A DNA stretch of 64,000 bases from Thermoflexus hugenholtzii JAD2 (GTDB taxonomy: Bacteria > Chloroflexota > UBA11872 > UBA12225): positions 3,159 to 67,158 of the forward strand of contig CAMDTO010000004.1 in the NCBI GenBank assembly GCA_945907765.1, in the 5' to 3' direction. The notes below the pieces were generated by a model. It saw only the letters and a program-made list of their open reading frames with translations. It was not told where the DNA came from and ran no database searches. Below are positions 48,268 to 56,648 of this stretch, one piece after another. How positions within the stretch are numbered: the first letter of the stretch is position 1; every line of letters starts with the position of its first letter. The translations under genes were made by a program, and so were the position numbers.

Positions 48268-50178
48268 ATGGCGCGTGTCGCAGTGCGGTGTGAAGACGTC
48301 CGCAAACGGTTTGTGATCCGGCGCGGGCGCGCCCGAACCTTTCAGGAAGCCGCCCTGGCCCTCTTCCAGGGTGGACAGGCGTTTGGGCAACGTGACGAGT
48401 TCTGGGCCCTGGACGGGGTCTCCTTCTCAGTCGAGGCGGGACGGACACTCGGGATCATCGGGCGCAATGGTGCCGGGAAAAGCACATTGCTCAAGCTGCT
48501 TGCCGGGACGATGCAACCGACATCGGGACGGATGATCGCCAATGGCAAGGTCTTCGGCCTGCTCGAACTGGCGGCTGGGTTCCATCCTGACCTGTCGGGT
48601 CGCGAGAATGTGTTCCTGAATGGCGCATTCCTGGGACGTTCGCATAGCGACATGGCGAAGCGCCTTGACGAGATCATTGCGTTCTCGGAACTCGAACAGT
48701 TCATCGACCAGCCGGTCAAGCACTACTCCTCGGGCATGTACATGCGTCTCGGGTTTGCGGTGGCCCTCTCGGTTGAACCGGACATCCTGATCGTGGACGA
48801 GGTGCTTGCCGTTGGCGATGCTGCGTTTCGTCAGAAATGCCTTGCGGCGCTGGCGACTGCGAAGGCGCAGGGACGGACGATCCTGTTCGTCACGCACGAC
48901 CCGGGTGCAGTCCGCCGTTTCTGCGACGACGCGGTTTGGCTGGAACGAGGCAAGGTGCAGGCGGCCGGTCCCGCCCTCGACGTGCTAAGGGCGTACCTCG
49001 CAACGACAACGACCCACGGCACCGGTGTTGTTCCGGAAGGGCCCCCAACTGACCCATACGGGACGCCGCGTGGACCAGTCGCGCTTACCGGTGTCGACCT
49101 CCTCGAAAATGGTGAGGGCACGCAGACGCCATTCCGCGATGTGCGGACGGTCCGCGCGCCGGGCGATGTGTGGCGGATGCGACTTCGATACTCGGTGCGC
49201 GAAACGGTGTCTGGGGTGTCGTTCGGTGTGGCGGTGCATCGCGACGGTGGCACGTACGTTCTTGGGGCCGGATCGACTGGGGCAAGGCATGACCTCCTGG
49301 TGGGCGATGGCGCGGTGGTCGTGACGACTGAGGGCCTCCCGTTGGCACCCGGCCTGTACTCCGTTTCGGCCGGCCTCTGGTTGGATGGCGCTTCACCGGA
49401 AGATGGCGATCCGCCAGATCACCGCCTGACACGGGCGGCCAGTGTCGCCGTCGAGAAGCCTAGGATCTTCACTGCCGGACTGCTCGCCCCACGACTTGAG
49501 TGGGAGTGGCCCGACGATGCGCTTGTCCGGACTGACCCCACACCCTCCATGCCGACACACGAGTCGCGAACGGGTCGCGGGTTTCACGGGCGGTTCCTTC
49601 CGGCACCATCACGACTGACAGTCGGCGGTGGCGAGGATGAATTCCTTGGACCAGGATGGCACGCACCAGAAGATTGGCCTCCGGCGATCAGATGGACCGG
49701 CTGGATTGATGGTGACGGTGGTTGTTTGGGTGCGACTGCTGACGCAGATGCCGGCGGACGCCTACTTCTTCACCCTTCTACAACCGGGGCTGTCGCTGGT
49801 GATGCCCACGGCCGAAGCAGGCAGGCGCTTTCCCCGGTTGCGACGGGAAAGGGAAGCATGCGGCGATTGCCGGTCGGGACGATGTTCCTGACGCAGGATG
49901 AGTGGGCAACGGCGCTTGGAGTGACCCTGTGCAGACCCCACGCGCGTGCCGATGATGCTGACCCGGTGATCGTGACGATCCGGGTGGACGGTGGACAGGT
50001 CGGACGTCTGACCCTCGGCGCGGCGCTCCTCGAACCTTATACCTTCCCGATCGAACCAGTGGATACCCCGCGCGAGATCACGGTTTCCATCGAGGTGGAA
50101 CGACCGGTCCTGCTTGACCCCGCCGGGACCGATCGTCGCATCCTCGGGGTTGCGGTGCGTGAGGTCTGGGTCGAATGA
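48268..50178 (+). CDS. ABC polysaccharide exporter ATPase (Wzt/TagH-like) with a Wzt_C-like beta-sandwich and a further C-terminal module
   Basis: Walker A 'GRNGAGKST', signature 'YSSGMYMRL' and Walker B 'ILIVDEVL'. A CBM-like region follows ('VDLLENGEG...GLYSVSAGLWL'), then a module 'FLGPGWHAPEDWPPAIRWTG...DRRILGVAVREVWVE'. Confidence 0.85.
   Translation: MARVAVRCEDVRKRFVIRRGRARTFQEAALALFQGGQAFGQRDEFWALDGVSFSVEAGRTLGIIGRNGAGKSTLLKLLAGTMQPTSGRMIANGKVFGLLELAAGFHPDLSGRENVFLNGAFLGRSHSDMAKRLDEIIAFSELEQFIDQPVKHYSSGMYMRLGFAVALSVEPDILIVDEVLAVGDAAFRQKCLAALATAKAQGRTILFVTHDPGAVRRFCDDAVWLERGKVQAAGPALDVLRAYLATTTTHGTGVVPEGPPTDPYGTPRGPVALTGVDLLENGEGTQTPFRDVRTVRAPGDVWRMRLRYSVRETVSGVSFGVAVHRDGGTYVLGAGSTGARHDLLVGDGAVVVTTEGLPLAPGLYSVSAGLWLDGASPEDGDPPDHRLTRAASVAVEKPRIFTAGLLAPRLEWEWPDDALVRTDPTPSMPTHESRTGRGFHGRFLPAPSRLTVGGGEDEFLGPGWHAPEDWPPAIRWTGWIDGDGGCLGATADADAGGRLLLHPSTTGAVAGDAHGRSRQALSPVATGKGSMRRLPVGTMFLTQDEWATALGVTLCRPHARADDADPVIVTIRVDGGQVGRLTLGAALLEPYTFPIEPVDTPREITVSIEVERPVLLDPAGTDRRILGVAVREVWVE
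49827..49857 (+). repeat. GC-rich palindromic (REP-like) element, copy D, inside the wzt ORF
   Basis: 'gctttccccgGTTGCGACGGGAAagggaagc'. It has the same GTTGCGACGGGA core as copies A-C. Confidence 0.6.
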
Positions 50179-53100
50179 CGGCCACGGGCGAGACCGGTAC
50201 GGTGCTGCCGTTCGTCACCGTGGTTGTCCTCAACTGGAATGGGCGACGCCTGCTTCCGCCGTGCCTCGAGGCCGTTGCGCAGACGGACTATCCGGCCGGT
50301 CGATGGGAGACGGTGGTCGTTGACAATGCCTCGACGGACGGATCCGCCGAATGGGTGGAGGCGAACCATCCGTGGGTCGGTGTACGGCGCAACCCCGGAA
50401 ACTGGGGATTCGGACGGGGCAACAACCCGGCGATGCGCGATGCGCCGGGTCCGTTTGTGGTGCTGCTGAACTCGGACACACGAGTTCGCCCGGGTTGGTT
50501 ACGGGCCTTGGTGGACACCATGGAAGCCGAACCGCGCGCGGGCGCCGCGACCGCAAAACTGCTCTTTCCCGATGACGGTGCGAGGCGTTGCCAGATCCAG
50601 AACGCTGGTGGGATGCTCCTGCCGGATGGCAGTGGACGGGACCGGGGAACGGTCGTGGATGCCGGGCAAGTCTCGCACCAACCCGACGACGGTCGGTATG
50701 ACCTGCGGGAAGAGGTCTTCTTCTTCTGCGGGGCCGCCGTCATGTTGAGGAAGGCGGCGCTTGAAGAGGTCGGCTACTTCGACGAACGCTACTTCATGTA
50801 TTACGAGGATCTGGACCTGTCATGGCGTCTGCGGATCCACGGGTGGACCGTTGTCTTCGCGCCTGACGCCGTGGTCCAACACGAACATGCGGCAAGCAGT
50901 GGTGAGTGGTCGCCCCTCTTCACCTACAACGTCGAGCGCAACCGGCCTTTGATGCTGATGAAACTGGCGCCGTGGCGCCTCGCGATGACCGAGGCGGGTC
51001 GCTATGTTGCTGAATTAGGCGTGAATGTCGCCCGTGTCGCCTACTGGGCCATCCGGCACCGCCAACCCGGTCCACATGCCTCACGGACACGGATGCAGGC
51101 ACGCGTGGTGTGGTCCTGGTTGCGTGATTTGCCTGGGGTGTTACGGGATCGTGGTGCCATCAATGCGTCCCGGCTGGTGCCTGATGCGGTGATCACTCAA
51201 TGGTTGGGTGCGGTCCGGGCACCGGGATTGGCCGGGATCCGTGGGCAGGTCGCGCGTAGCCCAAGAACTGCGTCTGGAATGCGGGTAGGCATCTACAACC
51301 AGTTCCTCGCGACGATGGGTGGCGGTGAACGCCACATGGGAATGGCGGCGCAGGTCCTTGCGAAGGCGGGTTTTGAGGTTGAACTCATCACCCATGTGCC
51401 AGTCTCGATTGACCGCCTAAGTGCACGATTTGGTCTCGATCTTGATGGCGTGACGGTCCGGACGACACCGTTGCTCCCATTCGATCAATTGCGCGAGTTG
51501 ACCGCGGAGTACGACCTGTTCGTCAACGCAAGTTTCATGTCATGCCTGCCGACGATGGCGCATCGGTCCATCCTGCTCGTGCTGTTCCCATTTCCTCTTG
51601 ACATGTCTGCGTTTGGCGGGTTCAAGGCATGGGTCGGGGCGCGCCTGCACCGGCAACTTCTCATCCCGCGCTACGGCACTGGCTTTTTCGGGCCACAGGA
51701 ACTGGCTGGTAGCCGCTACCGGTTCACGGCGGGGCACGGACAGGTGGTTCTGGAGACTCCGTGGCCGGGGCGCGAACTGGACGCGCGGATCGTGCTTGGC
51801 AGTTTCCGGCCGGCGGGGACAACGCCGGTGAGGGTCACGATCACCGCGCGCGCGCCAGGAGATTTACGACCTCGCAGTGATGGGAGAGTGGAGCACGCGT
51901 CACGTGAAGAAGGGGGCGAGGTCGTCCTCTGGAGTGGTGACGTTGCGACGACACCCGGCAATTACCAGACGATTGACGCACGCATCCCGGGCCACTTGAC
52001 GGCCTCCGGATCGGTTGAGATAACCATCTCATCACCGGTGTACCGTCCCTTCGAGAACGGAGGCGATGCGTCCGACCCCGATGACTTTCGCGAACTGGGG
52101 GTGGCAGTAGCGCGGGTGATGGTTCGCCATCCGCGCCACCACCTCTATGAACTCCTGTTCGAACGCCTGGTGCCCGAACTTTCGCGCAGGCTGCATGGCC
52201 TGCCGGATCCGCGGGCGATGGAATACCTGTCGACCTACGACGCAGTCCTCCCGATTTCCCGGTTCACCGACCTATGGCTGGCGAGGTACTGGTCGGTGCG
52301 CGGGACCGACATCCTCTATCCGCCCGTCGATGTCGCGCAATTCACGCCACGGGCGTCCAGGGACCGGATCATCCTAGGTGTCGGTCGGTTCTTCCAGGGA
52401 AGCCATAACAAGAAGCACGATGAGATGATCCGCACATTTGGGGAACTCGTACGCGAGGGTGTGCTGCCGGGTTGGGAACTCCACCTCGTGGGCGGGTCCA
52501 TGCCGGAAGCGCGCCATCAGAAGTACCTCGCCAGATGCCGGGTGCTAGCGTCCGGGTTGCCGGTTCACCTTCACGTTGACGCCCTGGCGGACGTGCTGAC
52601 CGACCTTTACGAACGCGCCACGGTCTTCTGGCACGCGACTGGGTTCGGAAACGATGAGAACCGGGATCCGATCCTGTTCGAACACTTCGGGATCACCACG
52701 GTCGAAGCAATGGCCGCCGGGTGCGTGCCGGTGGTGATCGGAAAGGGTGCGCAATCCGAGATAGTGGCGGACGGAGTGTCCGGGTTCACATGGACGACAC
52801 GTGACGCGTGGAAGACTATGACGGTCCAGGTTGCGAATGATCCGGCACTCGCCGCGCGACTTCGGGCAGGCGCCCTGATGCGAAGTCGGGACTTTGGTGA
52901 GGACGTCTTCGCCGCGCAGTTGCAAGGGATCGTTGAACGGTTCGGTCTTCGGGCCTGTTCCGCTCCATTGTCCGTGCCTAACACGCCGGTGGCGGCACAT
53001 CCTGCGCCCCAACCCGGTTTCAAATACGCCTCACTCGGAATTCCCGTTCAACTAGAGACCCCCACCACCAACCCCTCCCCCGTTGCGACGGGAGAGGGGA

Positions 53101-53207
53101 GTACGTTCCCACCGCATCCTGCCGGATACCAGGATGGTTCTCTTGGCCCGACGCTGGAAGGGGGAGCCGGGAATGCCGGGCCCGTGCCGAGTGGGCGCGG
53201 GGAGTGA
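50175..53207 (+). CDS. multidomain glycosyltransferase: N-terminal GT2, C-terminal GT4 with an inserted beta-rich module
   Basis: GT2 'VTVVVLNWNGRRLL...VVVDNASTDGS...GAAVMLRK...MYYEDLDLSWR'. GT4 'RVGIYNQFLATMGGGERH' and 'EHFGITTVEAMAAGCVPVV'. The insert ends in 'DDFRELGVAVARVMV'. The start overlaps the wzt stop (ATGA). Confidence 0.85.
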   Translation: MTATGETGTVLPFVTVVVLNWNGRRLLPPCLEAVAQTDYPAGRWETVVVDNASTDGSAEWVEANHPWVGVRRNPGNWGFGRGNNPAMRDAPGPFVVLLNSDTRVRPGWLRALVDTMEAEPRAGAATAKLLFPDDGARRCQIQNAGGMLLPDGSGRDRGTVVDAGQVSHQPDDGRYDLREEVFFFCGAAVMLRKAALEEVGYFDERYFMYYEDLDLSWRLRIHGWTVVFAPDAVVQHEHAASSGEWSPLFTYNVERNRPLMLMKLAPWRLAMTEAGRYVAELGVNVARVAYWAIRHRQPGPHASRTRMQARVVWSWLRDLPGVLRDRGAINASRLVPDAVITQWLGAVRAPGLAGIRGQVARSPRTASGMRVGIYNQFLATMGGGERHMGMAAQVLAKAGFEVELITHVPVSIDRLSARFGLDLDGVTVRTTPLLPFDQLRELTAEYDLFVNASFMSCLPTMAHRSILLVLFPFPLDMSAFGGFKAWVGARLHRQLLIPRYGTGFFGPQELAGSRYRFTAGHGQVVLETPWPGRELDARIVLGSFRPAGTTPVRVTITARAPGDLRPRSDGRVEHASREEGGEVVLWSGDVATTPGNYQTIDARIPGHLTASGSVEITISSPVYRPFENGGDASDPDDFRELGVAVARVMVRHPRHHLYELLFERLVPELSRRLHGLPDPRAMEYLSTYDAVLPISRFTDLWLARYWSVRGTDILYPPVDVAQFTPRASRDRIILGVGRFFQGSHNKKHDEMIRTFGELVREGVLPGWELHLVGGSMPEARHQKYLARCRVLASGLPVHLHVDALADVLTDLYERATVFWHATGFGNDENRDPILFEHFGITTVEAMAAGCVPVVIGKGAQSEIVADGVSGFTWTTRDAWKTMTVQVANDPALAARLRAGALMRSRDFGEDVFAAQLQGIVERFGLRACSAPLSVPNTPVAAHPAPQPGFKYASLGIPVQLETPTTNPSPVATGEGSTFPPHPAGYQDGSLGPTLEGGAGNAGPVPSGRGE
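53072..53100 (+). repeat. GC-rich palindromic (REP-like) element, copy C, in the 3' tail of the GT2-GT4 ORF
   Basis: 'cccctcccccGTTGCGACGGGAGagggga'. The 12-nt arms CCCCTCCCCCGT/ACGGGAGAGGGG have one mismatch. Confidence 0.7.
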
Positions 53208-53222
53208 TGGGCGACAACCCGC

Positions 53223-55334
53223 ATGCGTGAGGTGCGGTGGACATTGCCGGCCCCGTGGAGTGTCCTACTTGGTGCGGTCCTCGCCGGGTGGTTTGGTGGA
53301 GGTGTCGCGACCGGCCAACGCGGGGTAGGGGCAAGTTTTGCGTGGCTTGTGCCAGCACTGATCGTCGGCGCTGGTGGCGGGTTCGCCGTTATCGCTGCGA
53401 GTTGGCTTCATCAGCGTCGCGACACGCGCCCGGATGGTTTGGTGACGGTAGTGCCAGGCGGCGGTACCTCAAAACCTTTTCTGTTCTTGGAAGTTGGTGC
53501 GCTCGCACTATTGCTTGGCTCGCTGTGGGTCAGTGATAACCTGAATCATGCGTGGGCGACCTTGCCCCGTGTTCGAGGGGCTACCGCGCTGCTGATCGGT
53601 ACCATCCTAGTTTCGCGGCTGGCCATCGCTGCGGTGGAATGGCGCATTCGGACCGGTTACGGACCAACTCGCGACCAACGGCAATCCGATCCTGTCTTGA
53701 CGGATGTGGGTGTGCTTCGCCCGTCGGGAAGTGGCCGACATCCAGCCACGGTGACGTTTCTTGTCCTCGGTGGTGCGTTTGCCTTCTTTGTGGCGACGGC
53801 GTCCGGCGAACTCGTGACACCTGACGAATGGACGGCACACGGTGCGGCGGTCGGTCTGGTGGAACATGGGCGGCTAGCCGTCTTCGATGGCGAACCCTAC
53901 CCGTTCACGGTTGTCGGAATTGTGCGTCGGCCTGGTCACCCCGAGGAAGAGTCTTCTGGCCTCTTGTCGAAGTACCCAGTGCTTTCGTCGTTGGCGATTT
54001 CTCCCTTTCAGGCAGTTGCGCGGATATTCGGTGCGCCTGAACCACGTACTGCCGGGCAAGGTCCGCTGGCCCACCGTGCACCAGACCTCGTGACACTTGG
54101 GTTCGGGCCATTCCTCAGCGCATTGACCGTGATGGTGACCTATCTCATGGCTCGTTCACTTGGGTATCGTGGGGCATCGTCGCTTTTGCCGGCATTGGCG
54201 GTTGCCACGGCCTCATTGGTTTGGCCGTATTCGCGCACTGTTCTCAACATGGCACTTCCGGCGGCCCTGACCGGGGCGGCCGTGGCGGTGATCGGGTGCC
54301 TGCGTCGCGCAACTGGGGTTGACCGACCCAACCGGGAACCCATAGCTCCTGATTTCGACGCCGGTCGCATGGCTGCCCTCGCCGGCGCCCTCCTCGGCCT
54401 CGCCGGGGCGGCGCGGTACGAATATCTGGTCCTCGCCTTGCCACTGTGGGCATTGCTCGCCTGGGTGGTTTTCCAACGCTCCGGACTCGCAGGCGGGGCA
54501 TTCCTGGGGGGACTGGCGGTGGTGGCCGGTGGCGTGACCGCACTGCCACTTACCCTTGGCTACAACCTGATGCGGACCGGTCAGGCCCTCGATTTCGGCT
54601 ATGGCGGAGAAGGATTCCTCTCTTCATTGCTGGAGAAGCCGTGGTATGGGTGGTTCGGGCTTCTGTTCAGTCCGGGATGCGGGATTGCCGTGCATGCGCC
54701 AATGATGTTCGTTGGTCTCGCGGGGCTCGTCTGGCTCTGGGAGGACGCCCCGGATACGGCCGGTGCGGTTGCAGCCATGGTTGGTCTTGCTTGCCTCTAT
54801 TACGGAAGCCTCGAGACAACGTGGTGTGCCCAGACAACATGGGGCCCGCGATACTTGGTTGGGGTCGCACCGTTGGCGTACCTCCCCGTCGCGGCGATTG
54901 TGAAGCGGATGGGGTGGGCGAAGCGGAGCGACGCTCAATCGGGGGCGAGTGGGCGGGGTGGAATGAGCAGGAACCCTTTTGCCTGGCTTGCGATTGGACT
55001 GCCGTGGGCTTTGAATGTCGTGGCAAATGCCTTGGCCATCGTTGTCGACTTCAGTCGGGGATGGCAGGACCATTGGTCACTCGGGGCGACCTACCTGGCG
55101 ACGACGTGGGTGCCGTACTTCTCGGGGGTCACCGCGCATGTGCGTCTCTCGCGCCTGTGGCTTCGCGGTGGCGATGCCAGCCTTGACATCCACTGGCTAC
55201 GGGGAGCAGATGGCAACCCCGCAGTTTCCGGTGTCCTGATCATGGCCGGATTGCTCGTGGTTTCGGTGACTTCCTGGGCTGCCGCCTGGCAGGTCGAACG
55301 CTTGGCCGACGAAGGTGATGGCCCGGTTACGTGA
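53223..55334 (+). CDS. GT-C fold polytopic membrane glycosyltransferase (ArnT/PMT-like)
   Basis: About 14 hydrophobic helices. The motifs 'LVWPYSRTVL', 'LLFSPGCGIAVHAPMMFVGLAG' and 'TWGPRYLVGVAP' parallel those in the 59540-62545 protein. Confidence 0.65.
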   Translation: MREVRWTLPAPWSVLLGAVLAGWFGGGVATGQRGVGASFAWLVPALIVGAGGGFAVIAASWLHQRRDTRPDGLVTVVPGGGTSKPFLFLEVGALALLLGSLWVSDNLNHAWATLPRVRGATALLIGTILVSRLAIAAVEWRIRTGYGPTRDQRQSDPVLTDVGVLRPSGSGRHPATVTFLVLGGAFAFFVATASGELVTPDEWTAHGAAVGLVEHGRLAVFDGEPYPFTVVGIVRRPGHPEEESSGLLSKYPVLSSLAISPFQAVARIFGAPEPRTAGQGPLAHRAPDLVTLGFGPFLSALTVMVTYLMARSLGYRGASSLLPALAVATASLVWPYSRTVLNMALPAALTGAAVAVIGCLRRATGVDRPNREPIAPDFDAGRMAALAGALLGLAGAARYEYLVLALPLWALLAWVVFQRSGLAGGAFLGGLAVVAGGVTALPLTLGYNLMRTGQALDFGYGGEGFLSSLLEKPWYGWFGLLFSPGCGIAVHAPMMFVGLAGLVWLWEDAPDTAGAVAAMVGLACLYYGSLETTWCAQTTWGPRYLVGVAPLAYLPVAAIVKRMGWAKRSDAQSGASGRGGMSRNPFAWLAIGLPWALNVVANALAIVVDFSRGWQDHWSLGATYLATTWVPYFSGVTAHVRLSRLWLRGGDASLDIHWLRGADGNPAVSGVLIMAGLLVVSVTSWAAAWQVERLADEGDGPVT

Positions 55335-55380
55335 TCGTGATCGGGTACTCATTGTCAGCAGGCTTCCCTCCCGTGACTGT

Positions 55381-56544
55381 TCAGGCGAGGAATGGTTTGA
55401 GGCGTCTGAGTGCCTCGTCGAGGACCGGGCGGGACGTAGCGAAGTTCAGTCGCACGTGTCCTGCGCCCGTCGGCGAGTAGCTGAGGCCATCACTGAGCCC
55501 GACCTTTGCGTGCTCAAGCAGGAAGTCGCCCGGCTTCTCCTTGCCCCAGTCGTACGCGCGGACGTCAAGCCACGCCAGGTAGGTCCCCTCGGAGGGGTGA
55601 TAGGCCACGCGCGGGGCGTGGTCATGAAGGAATGCCGTCAGTTGGTCACGGTTTGCATGGAGGTCAGCAAGCGTTGCCCGCTGCCACGCATCGCCTTCAG
55701 GAGTAGTGATGGCGGCGAGCCAGGCCGCTTCGGACAGGACGTTCGGGTACTCCGAAACCAGTCCGTGCGTGATGGCACGCACACGGCTGATCAGCCCCGC
55801 GTTGTGGCTGATCGTGATTCCGGTGCTCAGACCAGCGGTGTTGAAGGTTTTGGCCGGGCCGGTCAGGGTGATCGTGCGCATCGCCAGTTCGGTCGAAAGG
55901 CTTGCGAACGGGATATACGGTCCGTCGAAGACGAGTTCGTTGTGAAGTTCGTCGCTGACTAGCCATAGGCGATGGCGGAGGACGACGTTGGCAAGTCGTT
56001 CGAGTTCGGCACGGCGCCACACCCGGCCGGTCGGGTTGTGCGGGTTGCAGACCATCAGGACCTTGGTGGCCGGCGTGATGACGGATTCGAGGTGATCGAA
56101 ATCGATCTCGTAGCCATTTGGGCCGGGGACCAGGGGATTGTCCTGGCGTTGGAGACGTGCGGTCGAGATCGCATCGAGGAACGGACCGTACAGCGGGGTT
56201 TGCACCACAATCGCGTCACCGGGCGCCGTCAGGGCGCGCGCAGTTGCGTGCAGGCCCGGGACGCACGCCATGAAGACTGCGTTCTCCGCAGGAAGACCAT
56301 GCAGGCCGTGGCGTTCGCTCAGATGTGTAACCAGTGCTTCCGCTAGGCGCTTGCCACCCTGACCCGGGTACCCGATCCGGTTCTCGGTGATCCGGCGCAT
56401 GACCGCCTCGGTGATCACTTGGGCGTGAGGCATGTCCATGTCGGCAACCCACATCGGGATCACGTCACGTGGATAGTAGTTCCATTTCCTCGAAAACGTG
56501 TCGTAGGGGGCGTCCCACGATACGGAGGGTTCAACAGTAGTCAT
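55381..56544 (-). CDS. PatB/MalY-type PLP-dependent aminotransferase / C-S lyase
   Basis: 'RKWNYYPRDVIPMWVADMDM', 'CNPHNPTGRVW' and 'LTGPAKTFNTAGL' (PLP-Lys). I used the ATG at 56544 because the longer ORF (to 57036) overlaps the upstream gene. Confidence 0.8.
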   Translation of the reverse strand: MTTVEPSVSWDAPYDTFSRKWNYYPRDVIPMWVADMDMPHAQVITEAVMRRITENRIGYPGQGGKRLAEALVTHLSERHGLHGLPAENAVFMACVPGLHATARALTAPGDAIVVQTPLYGPFLDAISTARLQRQDNPLVPGPNGYEIDFDHLESVITPATKVLMVCNPHNPTGRVWRRAELERLANVVLRHRLWLVSDELHNELVFDGPYIPFASLSTELAMRTITLTGPAKTFNTAGLSTGITISHNAGLISRVRAITHGLVSEYPNVLSEAAWLAAITTPEGDAWQRATLADLHANRDQLTAFLHDHAPRVAYHPSEGTYLAWLDVRAYDWGKEKPGDFLLEHAKVGLSDGLSYSPTGAGHVRLNFATSRPVLDEALRRLKPFLA

Positions 56545-56648
56545 TTTTTGTGAGGATACGGGTTTGAAAGCATCTGGCTCAGACAGTCCTGTCGGTTCGC
56601 ACGTGTTCTCCCGTCGATACGGGTCAGGGGTGGGTAGGGGTCTAGGGA

